Assembly (NCBI GenBank): GCA_051294375.1
Contig: CM119265.1
Span: forward strand, 23,838,669 to 23,902,668
Direction: 5' to 3'
Source: Paraspadella gotoi
Taxonomy: Eukaryota > Animalia > Chaetognatha
Length of the DNA stretch: 64,000 bases
A program made the translations under genes and the position numbers. Shown in pieces: positions 35,550 to 50,500 of the stretch (positions are counted from its first letter, which is position 1; each line of letters starts with the position of its first letter). The notes below the pieces were generated by a model that was given only the letters and a program-made list of their open reading frames with translations, was not told the DNA's origin and searched no databases.

Positions 35550-38500
35550 TCGAGTTTAGAGAGAGTGAAATTCTATATCTTTCCAGTTTCTTTGTTTTAA
35601 CATCCTTGTGTTCCACACCCCTAAAAACTTGAATAGGCCGCTCTTCGCGACATGACCAAAGCCATCCACATGCAACCGGCCACTCAACACCTCTACGCCC
35701 AGCGCGGGCAGATCCTCATGAAAATGGGCGACCTGGAGTTGGCCTCCTTTTGCGTCCACCACGCAGCGCAGGTTAACCAGAACATTGGTAGCACGCCGCA
35801 GCAGCGCGCCGTCATCCAGACTTTCTTGGGTCGCGGCGACAAAGCGCTGGAGATCTTGGCGCAAGACACGCAGCGGGCGCCGACGGCTGCAGGGTTCGTG
35901 CTGCTGGCCAAAAATCAGCGGAAGAATCGGCAGATCGACGCCGCTGAGAAGAGCATGAGCCAGGCTCTCGACCTTTTGCGACCGACTTCGGAGCAGGAGC
36001 CGTGGCCCCCCGAGGCCGGAGACATTTGCTTCAATCACGGACTCATCCTCGTTGAGCAGAATCGCCTGAAGGAGGCGGTGGGAAGTTTCGATCGCGCCGT
36101 CAGCATCACCCCGCGTCACGCCGAAGCCTATTATCATCGTGGCGTCGTTAGGATTCGTCTCGGAGATAAGAAAGGCGTTGCGGATTTCAATCAAGCCATC
36201 GCCATCAATCCTAAACTATTTCAGGTCAGTACGTTTACGGATGGTGCCCTGGAGATTAACGAATGACTGAATTAATGAATGAATGGATGAATGAATGTAT
36301 TAAAACGTGAAACTGTGGCAGCAAGACTTAAAAGCTGCCTCACTGCTGTCCGTCCTAAGCCTCGTCTCAATGGCTGAGCAGGCTCAATCATCTTGTTACA
36401 ACCGTGCGTCCCGGGTTCAATCCCTGGGTATCCCGGTTCTGGCTTAAATGTGACGGAGCCGGTCTGATCTTGCCAGTGACAGGAGACGGTCACTGAGGGT
36501 CCACAGCCCCTACGCCAGTTGTTGAGATACCCCGCGCACCGAGTATCACAGGCATAAAACTCCCGTTGCCATAAAACCTTTTCTGACGCTTTTTCGTCAA
36601 TCTTTATAAAATTTCTACGTATCGCAATAGTAGCTTACGAATCTCTGAAACAAATTACGTATTTTTAAAATGCCTATAAGTCTAGTCTTTGAGATGGTTA
36701 TTAAAAAAAAACAACTAAGAATAGAATTTTTATTTCTCAAATTTGATTAATTTCAAGTAAAATACGATGAAGGCCCCAAAAATCACTCGGCTACTCTTGC
36801 TGTCACCAAATAGTGTCCCGGTGTCCGCGGGCCCGGCTTTCTCCCTTCCAGGTAAGGCAGCCGCCCCTCGACCGATCGAAACTCCACCCGCTGCAGAAGC
36901 CGCACGGTAAAGACAAAAGCCTCCAGCCGCGCCAGCTTTTCGCCGATGCAGCGCCGCGTTCCGAGTGAAAATGGAATGACGTTTTCGTTTTTGACGTAGC
37001 GTCCGGAGGCGTCGAGAAATCTTTGGAATAAAGTAGATTTAGACAGACATAGTATTTGAAAACATATCTCAGTATTACAATCGTAAAAAACTCACCTTTC
37101 CGGGCGAAACTGGACCGGCTCATCCCAAAGGTCGGGATCATGATGTATGGCCCAGATGTTAACGACGAGCGCAAGATCGTCTGGAACGTCGTACCCGGCG
37201 AAGCTAACGACCGGTTGAATGGGTCGATGGTGCAGGGTGAATTCAATGACGCAGGACTTCCTCCACACCTCGTCGAGAAAAGCTTGAAGATAGTTGAAAC
37301 GGTGAAGCTCTTGCAGCGTGGGTGTGCCATCAGGACCAACGACCTCGCGGATCTCATCTAACAATTTGAGTCTGATGTCAGGTAGGTGCAACAGCCAAGC
37401 GAAGACCCACGACAGGGTGTACGAGGTGGTATCCGTCCCGCCGAGGAACAGATCAAGGATAGTCTGGTGAATATTACCGTCGGATAGGTGAGCCGCGTCG
37501 GATCGCTTCGAGCGCTCTATCAAGATAGCGTCGATGAGGTCCCTCGGCTCCTCGGGATTTAGGGTCTTCCGGTGCTGTTCGAGAGATTCATCGATGTACT
37601 TCATCGCAAAGTTTCGCGCCGCCACGGTTTCGGTCAAAGTGGTCGAGGGAAAGACTCGACCGAGCCGAGGAAAGAAGTTGTAGATCGGATGAAAGACGAG
37701 GTAAAATAATCCCTCCATGAAAACTTTCATCCGATCGTGAATGGGAGAGGCTTGGCCGATCTCCGTACGCTCACCGAAAACGAAGCCGGTTATCACGTTA
37801 GAAACGGCGACGCGGAAGAGCGGCTCCAACTCCAAAGGGCGGCGTTCGTCGCCAGAACGGCGTCGACGAGCGCGTCGGCTTCGGCCACCACTCGATCTTC
37901 CATCCGGGATCGACCGAAACCCATTGCCGACAGAGTAAAAAAGACAAACCGTTGAAGATCCTTCCAGATTGGCGACCAAGCTTGGAAAATGATGCCTTCT
38001 TGATTCGGGTTGAGGTGGACTATCGAAGGGTTTTCCGCGGTCAGTCGACCGGCCAGGTTACGGTCCTGCAACATTTCCTTGGCCAGGCCAACGTCGTTGA
38101 TAATGGCGAAGAGCGGTTGACCGAAGGGCAACGCGTGGAACTTGAAGATGGGCCCGTGGGTTTTGCGCCAGGCGAACAATTTTTTGCAGACGTCTTCCGG
38201 ATCGATGCCGACGTTGCCTAGAAACCAGTTGCCCCGCGGGCCGGACGGGATGGGACGGGCGACGGAGGGTTTGACTCGGAAGAGCTTGAAGACGAGGAGG
38301 AGAATGAGGAGGACGGCAGCGGCGAAGAAGGTCGTCGACATCGTGGTCATCGTTGAAAAGTTTCGGACGTTTCGGATGAATTGAACGTAAAAGCGGATTC
38401 AACAGGGTGATGTATCAGGCTTCGCTTTGGATGATGAACTTTAAATTTCGGTCGATAAGTGGCTAATTGAATTAAGGTCGGCTATGACAAAGAGAGAGAG

Positions 38501-41500
38501 AGCTAAGGCTCTTAAACGAAAGATTAAAATAGATTGCACATGATTAATTAGATTCAATTTATATATTATCGTTTTCAGCGACTTATAAAATATTTTTAGC
38601 GCGAAAAACGGGGATGTAATGAGGTAGGGATATGGTTAATAAAAGAGCAGAAATTGATTTAATTACAAAATTTAAAATATAACTTTCTGAAACAAAGTCT
38701 GAAGAGGGAAACAATATACAATAGACATCATATACATTATACATATACAAGACGTAGCGTTCGGTGTATTCTTGCGGTGAAAGAGAATAGAGTATAGAAT
38801 AGAGTAATAGAGAATAGAATAGAGAGCGAGAGAGAGCGCGACTCCTTGTTCATGTTGTTAAATCCATTTACCGAGGATGTGACAAAATTGGAAAAGCGCT
38901 TCATTGTAAACATAAGAACATCAAATTACTCCTCTTTTCATTATCAGGCCTTTCTCGGTCGCGCCTGCTTCTACGGCATGACGGGCGCCCCCTCCAAAGC
39001 CATCCTAAACTGCACGGAGGCGTTAAAGGTCCAACCCGACAGCGTCCGCGCCTACATCGTCCGGGGATCCCTCAAGTATCAGGTCCGCTCCTTCGCGGGC
39101 GCCGTGGAAGACTTCGTCAAGGCGATGCGCATCGATCCGAGCTGTTCCTTGGCCTACTTCAACCGCGCCGTCTGCTTCTATCACATGAAGGAATACGAAA
39201 AGGCGTTGCACGATTACGGGATCGTGCTGCTGTCCTCGGAGAAGTTGGCGTTGAAGGTGAGACTTGACTTTGGGAGATTTTTACTTTGCCCGACATTAAT
39301 TTTATATTTTTAGTATCTTTGCTAATCTTATCTTATCTATCTTATCTAACTATTAACTCTATAAAGAAAATATCGAAAAAAACAATTATTGATCAGTAGT
39401 TTTTTTTTAATTTCCTCTTGTCGAGCATGAACTTAAATCATTTTACAAAATAGGGTTTAATGTAGGAAAATTAGTTAAAGATATTAAACGAACTTACTTT
39501 TCAAATATAAACAATCAAAAAAAATGTTTCGTTTATTCAAACAAAAGACATTACCTCAGGCGCTCGTCAACCGGGGCCTCCTCTACCTCGAGATCTTCGA
39601 CTACCAAAACGCTCTCTTCGACTTCCAAGAGGCCGTCGAGCGAGACCCTAAGGACCCGCGCCTACTGCACAGCCTTGCCTTTTGCTTGCATCGCCTGGAG
39701 CGATTGGACGAGGCGGTGCGGACCTTCACGAAGGCGTTGACGCTACATCCGCTCTTCGTGGAGGCAATCGTCGGTCGTGGCAACGTCTACATGGACTTCG
39801 TGGACGAGCGTCTGCGGAGGCGAGCAAGGGTCGACTTCGAGAGGGCGCTGCACATCAATCCGATGTACATCGCGGCCAGAGTCAATCTGGCTTACAGTCT
39901 GCAGGTTTAGCCAGAGTCGGTGTGGGAAAGAGGAAATCTGTTTTTGATCCCGAGTATTGTTGTTATTTTTGTTAACTTTGAAAAGTCTTATTTGTTGTCG
40001 GGTTTCAAAAACAATGCGTTGTACTTGATTTCTTCAATTTCATGCGATACATCAACAACAATCGCAACTGCAGTTACAAGTGACAAAAGTTTTACTTCAT
40101 TAAAAACCTTTTGCTCTTTTGTTTTTCCGAAAGGTCTCCGGCAGATACGCTCAAGCGTGGCGCCAACTAACATCAGCCATCGAAGTCGACGCCGGATTCG
40201 TACCGGCGCTGGAAGGGCGCGCCGTCGTCAATCTCCAGATGGGCGACGCCTTCGCCGCTTTCCACGACGCCTCCAAGGCCATCAAGTTGAGGCCGGACGC
40301 TGAGCTTTACACGAACAGAGGTGAGGCCAATGGATGGCCAAAGGGTCGAGAAGAGGCCAAAAAGGGAATCTTCTTCATTCGAAGAGATAATAAGGAAGTA
40401 ATTATATTTATGAGATAATCATTGCGATAAAAAAAAAAAAAAATAGGCGTGATCAACCAATTCATGGGCGACAGTGTGGCGGCGATGGCCGACTTCAAGA
40501 GGGCGACCCTCTTGGATGAATCCTACTCCTTGGCTTATTTCAACGCCGCCAATCTTTACTTTCACGCGCGCCTCTTCAAGAAAGCCGCAGAGTTTTACTC
40601 CATTTGCATTAGGTGAGAGAGAATTGTCTCCCTGTCCATCCGTCGGTCCGTTCGTTTATCTTTCTTTATTGGTAAGTCTGTCTGTCATTCTGCCTGTCCG
40701 TGCGTCCCTTACTCAAAACCTTTCTATGATCCACGCCTTCCATCCAGCCACAACCCCGTCGACGAGGCCGCCTCCTCAATCGCGCCATCACTCGTTCTCT
40801 GCTCCGCGATTCACGCGGAGCGTTCAACGATTTTCACGCTGCGCTGCGGATCGCTCCCAACGCCGCTCACATTTACTACAACAGGGGAACTTGAACGCGT
40901 CATGAGTAAGACTTTGGAATCAATTTTTTTATTTTTAAAATTTCAATTTTTTTTTGTTTAAAAATATATTATTTTTTTTTGTTTCCAAAATTTTGTGTTT
41001 GAATTTGATGTCGTTCTTTTTCTGTTGTTATGGTTGTATGCATAAGTTGTATCTAAAATCGATGTTGGAGGAGAAAATGATATTGAAATGAAAAGAACCA
41101 AATAACTTCACAGTCTAGCTGAACACAAGGCTATCAAAACAGCAGGACTGCTGATGGATGAACAGTCTCCAATCCACAGTGCCTCAGAGTTGACCCGAAA
41201 GGCATATGGGTAACGAAGCACGCTTCAGAGAAAGTAAGCTGTGAACTGTCGACGGTGGGTACTCCACAAAAAAGTGGATAGGACGATGCACCACTGTTGG
41301 AGGAGATTTTATGTAGATCGCCAGCGGGCGAAGGTGGCTCACGTCAAGGGGGAGCTGGAACGCATCGGGATCTCCAACGGCGCCCACCAATCAGGGCTGC
41401 GAGCGGACGGCGCTGTCGACAGATGCTAAAGTCTTACTGTATGGATCTGAGAGAGATACAGAGGCGCACAATATGAATGAGGGAGACGCGGACCAAGAAC

Positions 41501-44494
41501 CGTATATTCTGACACATATCATTTATTAATATAGCACGATACTCTTTTCACCAAAAGGAAACAGATCAATAAATGATAAGTAATGACAATCAATAAAGAT
41601 TATTTATAACTGAAATGAGTTTATAAATGTTCGTAGTTTCCATCGAGTCCGTCGGCGTCCACGCGGAGCGTTCAACGATTGTAGCTCATCAACAAAGTTT
41701 GAAAACAATGCGGTTAGTAATTTTAGTCAGTCAATGCCAATCGATCAATCATTTTATAAGTCGTCAAATCAAATAAATATATTTATGGTTTAAAATGAAT
41801 GCAATGAGCAGATCAATAATCCATCAATTGCCTTTTTGATGTTCCCGCTAATTCGTCCTCTCTCTTCCAAAGGCGCTTACCGCGGCCTTCTTGCGCTCAC
41901 AACGCGAGTCGTATACCGTCCAGCGTGGTCGCTCTCCGTGACCGCGCGACGATCATCTCGAGACTTCAGGGCGAAGTGTGACGCGCCTTTCCGACGCTGC
42001 GCATCGATTCCGCCTTCTCGAGAGGCTCTACTTCGCTCAGCGCGGCGAACCTTCCGACTTTTGCCGCCGCGGCGCCACGCTCACTGCGCAAATTGGGTCA
42101 CGCCCGGAGAGCTCGGGTAGCGACGGCTCGACAACCGCGGCGCTGTCGATGGAACCCGAATCTCGTCGACGCCTATTGGCACCCGCCATCTGCTGTTTTT
42201 GCTGGAGGCAGAATCGTCCTAAGAAGAGGAGGGCGATGGCAAGGACATCACGGGTGGAGGTTGTTTGTGTTGTAAACTATTATGATGCTGATGATGATGG
42301 AGTTGATGATGAACGATGAAAGACCTGGATAATTATAGCTAATATATAGGACGCTTAGGCTGATGACTGATGGATAGGTCATGTTGCGGGTAGGTGTTGA
42401 TAACTTTGCTTCGGGTTGTTAATTATTAATGAATGATTTAAATGAAGAGAGGAGAGAGTCAAAAAATAGAGCAGGAAAAAAGAAGAGAAAAGAAAATGGA
42501 TAGCATGAAACTTTATTTTTGTGTCTTGTCTCTTTCAAGGTGAGAGTAATATTGTACTATTGATCTATTGTCCTGCCCGCCCACTTCAGCCATCACTTGA
42601 AGCTAGTAGCAAACCCACCCGGCGCAATGTACCGTCTCGCGCGGACATGCTTCAAGGCCCAAGGAGACTGCACGCTAGCCCATCGCCTCAGGACTTCAAT
42701 CAGGGCCGTTACAGAGCTGGCAACGCCTAAAGACTCGGACGCCTACTACAGAGCGGGCGGAGCTCAACGAGAAGAGAGGCGAGGCTCCGATTGGCCTTTG
42801 GAGGATTACGGGAATCCGTCGAGTCGCGCTCAAGCCGCCACTCCTCCGACGGCCATCTTAAATACTGCGAGTTTATTTCAACAACGGAAATTGGGGGCGA
42901 GAAGTGGGTCGCGTTATTTGATCGGCTGTTTGTTTTTTTGTATAAAATGGGTAATTTGGAAATGAAATTTAAAAATTCGTATTTGTTATGAATAAGTAAA
43001 TTCTGTCTGTCAGCAATAAACTGTAAAATAAAACAAAAGAAACAGTTTTTCCCCCATTAGTAAAACAATTATCAATATATACAGACGGTGGCAGTATTCA
43101 CACCAAATTTGTGTTCTATGATCCATTTAAAATGAAGTTAGTCCTTTAATTTTCCTTTCCAGCCGCTACCAGGCGGTGGCGGGCCTTACAACCGAAGTTG
43201 CTACAAGCGCGAGCTTCGCAACGCGTCGGCCTACGTCTTCCAGCGGTCGTCGGCCTTCGCCAAGATGTCCAAGTGGGACCGACCGAGCCATGCAGAACTT
43301 CTCCTCCGCCGTCCAACGAGGGAGGAACGGCGGAGGCTTTCTATCGGCTCAACGTCGGTGTCTGTTGCGGTACGTTCGCATTATTCAGCCGCTAGGATTA
43401 TGACCTGCAGAGATTGGAGCGGTGAGGTATATTCTTTTGACAAGAATAACTAGATTATTATATTAAGTGATCATGTATATTATAATATTACTTATATCTA
43501 ATGAGAGTAATATAATGAGATATTATATGTATCCAAAATTATGATTGAACTGTTTCTAACCTAATTTTATTTCTTATATATTTTCTAATTATAATTTTAA
43601 TGACCATGGATGTATTAGTATTTATATCTTATAATTTAAGTATCACAACCATATTAGTTGCTTTTTTTTAAAAACATGTGGTTACAGTTTATATTATATA
43701 ATTCAATTTGGGAAGGGGAATACTAAACAGCGTAACTATCATTATAACAACATAAACAGAACAACACAAAACTATATAAGCGACGTAAATCAAGTTAGAC
43801 GAATGGTATACCTTACCGTAATCAATAAGGAACCATAGTAGTGACACTGAGAAGTCAAGACAAGACTATCATGAACGCTCGAGGTAACTTTGGAATTATT
43901 ATGAGGCAGAGTAGTGACAGCTGCAACCAAGATAACAGCTGGAGAGACGTACTCGCAGCCCGGAACGCACGCTGTGACACGCGAGAGAGTGAACCTTGCT
44001 CCTCACTTGATGCACAAGGTACCTCTGGGATTGACGTGTTGCCCCCATCCATCCTAATGCCCGTAGTGCTACAGGTGCGAGAAGAACTAACGACGGCCAC
44101 TGATATACACAAAGACTAAACTCTCCATCGCGATGTCTCCTTCTCTTATATACGTGAAGTTAAGCAATGGGGAGATTCGACGAGGCCATTCACGACTCTC
44201 GAGGCAGCGCTGCAGGTTACTAGCAATGGACTAATATTTATCATTTCGACGAGCAATTTAATACACTATTTAACGCGAATGTTCCAGGTTCGTCCCGACA
44301 TCGCCGTGCCCCACGTAACCTCGGCCGATCTTACATGAAGAACTGGGCGACCACCGCAAGGCCGTCGCAAAGTTTTTCCGCCGCCATCGAGTCCGAACCG
44401 ACCTACGTCCGTGCTTATGTCTGCCGGCGCCGAAGCCTCTCACTACATCGGAGAGCTTAAGTGGGTTGGAAAAGGGGGAGAAGAGAGAGAGCGA

Positions 44495-44553
<59 letters not shown>

Positions 44554-47500
44554 GAGAGTGAGGAGAGATAAGAGAAGAAAGAGAGAGAGATAATCGAGTT
44601 TAGAGAGAGTGAAATTCTATAGACTTTCCAGTTTCTTTGTTTTAAACAATCCTTGTGTTTTCCACACCCCCTAAAAACTTGAATAGGCCGCTCTTCGCGA
44701 CATGACCAAAGCCATCCACATGCAACCGGCCACTCAACACCTCTACGCCCAGCCGCGGCAGATCCTCATGAAAATGGGCACCTTGGAGTTGGCCTCCTTT
44801 TGCGTCCACCACGCAGCGCAGGTTAACCAGAACATTGGTAGCACGCCGCAGCAGCGCGCCGTCATCCAATTTCTTTTCCGCCGACAGCGCTGGGACTGCG
44901 CAAAGCACACGCAGCGGGCGGCCGACGGCTGCAGGTTCGTGCTGCTGCCAAAATCAGCGGGAGAATCGGCAGATCGACGCCGCTGAGAAGAGATGAGCCA
45001 GGCTTCTCCCCGACGGCGACTTCGGAGCAGGAGCCGTGCCCCCCGAGGCCGGAGACATTTGCTTCATCACGGACTCATCCTCGTGAGCAGAATCGCCTGA
45101 AGGAGGCGGTGGGAAGTTTCGATCGCCGCGTCAGCATCACCCCGCGTCACGCCGAAGCCTATTATCATCGTGGCGTCGTTAGGATTCGTCTCGCGAGATA
45201 AGAAAGGCGTTGCGGATTTCAATCAAGCCATCGCCATCAATCCTAAACTATTTCAGGTCAGTACGTTTACGATGGTGCCCTGGAGATTAACGAATGACTG
45301 AATTAATGAATGAATGGATGAATGAATGTATTAAAACGTGAAACTGGCAGCAAGACTTAAAAGCTGCCTCACTGCTGTCCGTCCTAAGCCTCGTCTCAAT
45401 GGCTGAGCAGGCTCAATCAACTTGTTACAACCGTGCGTCCCGGGTTCAATCCTGGGTATCCCGGTTCTGGCTTAAAATTGACGGAGCCGGTCTGATCTCT
45501 GCCAGTGACAGGAGACGGTCACTGAGGGTCCACAGCCCCTACGCCAGTTGTTGAGATACCCCGCGCACCGAGTATCACAGGCATAAAACTCCCGTTGCCA
45601 TAAAACCTTTTCTGACGCTTTTTCGTCAATCTTTATAAAATTTCTACGTATCGCAATAGTAGCTTACGAATCTCTGAAACAAATTACGTATTTTAAAATG
45701 CCATATAGTCTAGTCTTTGAGATTTGGTTATTAAAAAAAAACAACTAAAAATAGAATTTTTATTTCTCAAATTTGATTAATTTCAAGTTAAAATACGATG
45801 AAGGCCCCAAAAATCACTCGGCTACTCTTGCTGTCACCAAATAGTGTCCCGGTGTCCGCGGGCCCGGCTTTCTCCTTCCAGGTAAGGCAGCCGCCCCTCG
45901 ACCGATCGAAACTCCACCCGCTGCAGAAGCCGCACGGTAAAGACAAAAGCCTCCAGCCGCGCCAGCTTTTCGCCGATGCAGCGCCGCGTTCCAGTGAAAA
46001 TGGAATGACGTTTTCGTTTTTGACGTAGCGTCCGGAGGCGTCGAGAAATCTTTGGAATAAAGTAGATTTAGACAGACATAGTATTTGAAAACATATCTCA
46101 GTATTACAATCGTAAAAAAACTCACCTTTCCGGGCGAAACTGGACCGGCTCATCCCAAAGGTCGGGATCATGATGTATGGCCCAGATGTTAACGACGAGC
46201 GCAAGATCGTCTGGAACGTCGTACCGCGAAGCTAACGACCGGTTGAATGGGTCGATGGTGCAGGGTGAATTCAATGACGCAGGACTTCCTCCACACCTCG
46301 TCGAGAAAAGCTTTGAAGATAGTTGAAACGGTGAAGCTCTTGCAGCGTGGGTGTGCCATCAGGACCAACGACCTCGCGGATCTCATCTAACAATTTGAGT
46401 CTGATGTCAGGTAGGTGCAACAGCCAAGCGAAGACCCACGACAGGGTGTACGAGGTGGTATCCGTCCCGCCGAGGAACAGATCAAGGATAGTCTGGTGAA
46501 TATTACCGTCGGATAGGTGAGCCGCGTCGATCGCTTCGAGCGCTCTATCAAGATAGCGTCGATGAGGTCCCTCGGCTCCTCGGGATTTAGGGTCTTCCGG
46601 TGCTGTTCGAGAGATTCATCGATGTACTTCATCGCAAAGTTTCGCGCCGCCACGGTTTCGGTCAAAGTGGTCGAGGGAAAGACTCGACCGACCGAGGAAA
46701 GAAGTTGTAGATCGGATGAAAGACGAGGTAAAATAATCCCTCCATGAAAACTTTCATCCGATCGTGAATGGGAGAGGCTTGGCCGATCTCCGTACCGTCA
46801 CCGAAAACGAGCCGGTTATCACGTTAGAAACGGCGACGCGAAGAGCGGCTCCAACTCCAAAGGGGCGCCGTTCGTCGCCAGAACGGGCGTCGACGAGCGC
46901 GTCGGCTCGCCACCACTCACTGATCTTCATCCGGGATCGACCGAAACCCATTGCCGACAGAGTAAAAAAGACAAACCGTTGAAGATCCTTCCAGATTGGC
47001 GACCAAGCTTGGAAAATGATGCCTTCTTGATTCGGGAGGTGGACTATCGAAGGTTTTCCGCGGTCAGTCGACCGGCCAGGTTACGGTCCTGCAACATTTC
47101 CTTGGCCAGGCCAACGTCGTTGATAATGGCGAAAAGCGGTTGACCGAAGGGCAACGCGTGGAACTTGAAGATGGGCCCGTGGGTTTTGCGCCAGGCGAAC
47201 AATTTTTTGCAGACGTCTTCCGGATCGATGCCGACGTTGCCTAGAAACCAGTTGCCCCGCGGCCGGACGGGATGGACGGGCGACGGAGGGTTTGACTCGG
47301 AAGAGCTTGAAGACGAGGAGGAGAATGAGGAGGACGGCAGCGGCGAAGAAGGTCGTCGACATCGTGGTCATCGTTGAAAAGTTTCGGACGTTTCGAATGA
47401 ATTGAACGTAAAAGCGGATTCAACAGGGTGATGTATCAGGCTTCGCTTTGGATGATGAACTTTAAATTTCGGTCGATAAGTGGCTAATTGAATTAAGGTC

Positions 47501-50500
47501 GGCTATGACAAAGAGAGAGAGAGCTAAGGCTCTTAAACGAAAGATTTAAAATAGATTGCACATGATTAATTAGATTCAATTTATATATTATCGTTTTCAG
47601 CGACTTATAAAATATTTTAGCGCGAAAAACGGGGATGTAATGAGTTAGGGATATGGTTAATAAAAGAGCAGAAATTGATTTAATTACAAAATTTAAAATA
47701 TAACTTTCTGAAACAAAGTCTGAAGAGGAAACAATATACAATAGACATCATATACATTATACATATACAAGACGTAGCGTTCGGTGTATTCTTGCGGTGA
47801 AAGAGAATAGAGTATAGAATAGAGTAATAGAGAATAGAATAGAGAGCGAGAGAGAGCGCGACTCCTTGTTCATGTTGTTAAATCCATTTACCGAGGATGT
47901 GACAAAATTGGAAAAGCGCTTCATTGTAAACATAAGAACATCAAATTACTCCTCTTTTTCATTATCAGGCCTTTCTCGGTCGCGCCTGCTTCTACGGCAT
48001 GACGGGCGCCCCCTCCAAAGCCATCCTAAACTGCACGGAGGCGTTAAAAGTCCAACCCGACAGCGTCCGCGCCTACATCGTCGGGGATCCCTCAAGTATC
48101 AGGTCCGCTCCTTCGCGGGCGCCGTGGAAGACTTCGTCAAGGCGATGCGCATCGATCCGAGCTGTTCCTTGGCCTACTTCAACCGCGCCGTCTGCTTCTA
48201 TCACATGAAGGAATACGAAAAGGCGTTGCACGATTACGGATCGTGCTGCTGTCCTCGGAGAAGTTGGCGTTGAAGGTGAGACTTGACTTTGGGAGATTTT
48301 TACTTTGCCCGACATTAATTTATATTTTTAGTATCTTTGCTAATCTTATCTTATCTATCTTATCTAACTATTAACTCTATAAAGAAAATATCGAAAAAAA
48401 ACAATTATTGATCAGTAGTTTTTTTTTAATTTCCTCTTGTCGAGCATGAACTTAAATCATTTTACAAAATAGGGTTTAATGTAGGAAAATTAGTTAAAGA
48501 TATTAAACGAACTTACTTTTCAAATATAAAAACAATCAAAAAAAATGTTTCGTTTATTCAAACAAAAGACATTACCTCAGGCGCTCGTCAACCGGGGCCT
48601 CCTCTACCTCGAGATCTTCGACTACCAAAAGCTCTCTTCGACTTCCAAGAGGCCGTCGAGCGAGACCCTAAGGACCCGCGCCTACTGCACAGCCTTGCCT
48701 TTTGCTTGCATCGCCTGGAGCGATTGGACGAGGCGGTGCGGACCTTCACGAAGGCGTTGACGCTACATCCGCTCTTCGTGGAGGCAATCGTCGGTCGTGG
48801 CAACGTCTACATGGACTTCGTGGACGAGCGTCTGCGGAGGCGAGCAAGGGTCGACTTCGAGAGGGCGCTGCACATCAATCCGATGTACATCGCGGCCAGA
48901 GTCAATCTGGCTTACAGTCTGCAGGTTTAGCCAGAGTCGGTGTGGGAAAGAGGAAATCTGTTTTTGATCCCGAGTATTGTTGTTATTTTTGTTAACTTTG
49001 AAAAGTCTTATTTGTTGTCGGGTTTCAAAAACAATGCGTTGTACTTGATTTCTTCAATTTCATGCGATACATCAACAACAATCGCAACTGCAGTTACAAG
49101 TGACAAAAGTTTTACTTCATTAAAAACCTTTTGCTCTTTTGTTTTTCCGAAAGGTCTCCGGCAGATACGCTCAAGCGTGGCGCCAACTAACATCAGCCAT
49201 CGAAGTCGACGCCGGATTCGTACCGGCGCTGGAAGGGCGCGCCGTCGTCAATCTCCAGATGGGCGACGCCTTCGCCGCTTTCCACGACGCCTCCAAGGCC
49301 ATCAAGTTGAGGCCGGACGCTGAGCTTTACACGAACAGAGGTGAGGCCAATGGATGGCCAAAGGGTCGAGAAGAGGCCAAAAAGGGAATCTTCTTCATTC
49401 GAAGAGATAATAAGGAAGTAATTATATTTATGAGATAATCATTGCGATAAAAAAAAAAAAAAATAGGCGTGATCAACCAATTCATGGGCGACAGTGTGGC
49501 GGCGATGGCCGACTTCAAGAGGGCGACCCTCTTGGATGAATCCTACTCCTTGGCTTATTTCAACGCCGCCAATCTTTACTTTCACGCGCGCCTCTTCAAG
49601 AAAGCCGCAGAGTTTTACTCCATTTGCATTAGGTGAGAGAGAATTGTCTCCCTGTCCATCCGTCGGTCCGTTCGTTTATCTTTCTTTATTGGTAAGTCTG
49701 TCTGTCATTCTGCCTGTCCGTGCGTCCCTTACTCAAAACCTTTCTATGATCCACGCCTTCCATCCAGCCACAACCCCGTCGACGAGGCCGCCTTCCTCAA
49801 TCGCGCCATCACTCGTTCTCTGCTCCGCGATTCACGCGGAGCGTTCAACGATTTTCACGCTGCGCTGCGGATCGCTCCCAACGCCGCTCACATTTACTAC
49901 AACAGGGGAAACTTGAACGCGTCCATGAGTAAGACTTTGGAATCAAGTTTTTTATTTTTAAAATTTCAATTTTTTTTTGTTTAAAAAATATATTATTTTT
50001 TTTGTTTCCAAATTTTTGTGTTTGAACTTTGATGTCGTTCTTTTTCTGTTGTTATGGTTGTATGCATAAGTTGTATCTAAAATCGATGTTGGAGGAGAAA
50101 ATGATATTGAAATGAAAAGAACCAAATAACTTCACAGTCTAGCTGAACACAAGGCTATCAAAACAGCAGGACTGCTGATGGATGAACAGTCTCCAATCCA
50201 CAGTGCCTCAGAGTTGACCCGAAAGGCATATGGGTAACGAAGCACGCTTCAGAGAAAGTAAGCGTGTGAACTGTCGACGGTGGGTACTCCACAAAAAGAG
50301 TGGATAGGACGATGCACCACTGTTGGAGGAGATTTTATGTAGATCGCCAGCGGGCGAAGGTGGCTCACGTCAAGGGGGAGCTGGAACGCATCGGGATCTC
50401 CAACGGCGCCCACCAATCAGGGCTGCGAGCGGACGGCGCTGTCGACAGATGCTAAAGTCTTACTGTATGGATCTGAGAGAGATACAGAGGCGCACAATAT

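Noticed and set aside
36365-36432. Possible tRNA gene
   Set aside because: A and B boxes are present but the acceptor and anticodon stems do not pair; treated as SINE-like.
41688-50000. TTC6 and CYP pseudogenes or recent paralogues
   Set aside because: The indel-dominated, position-graded divergence next to a 25-N gap fits read error rather than evolution.
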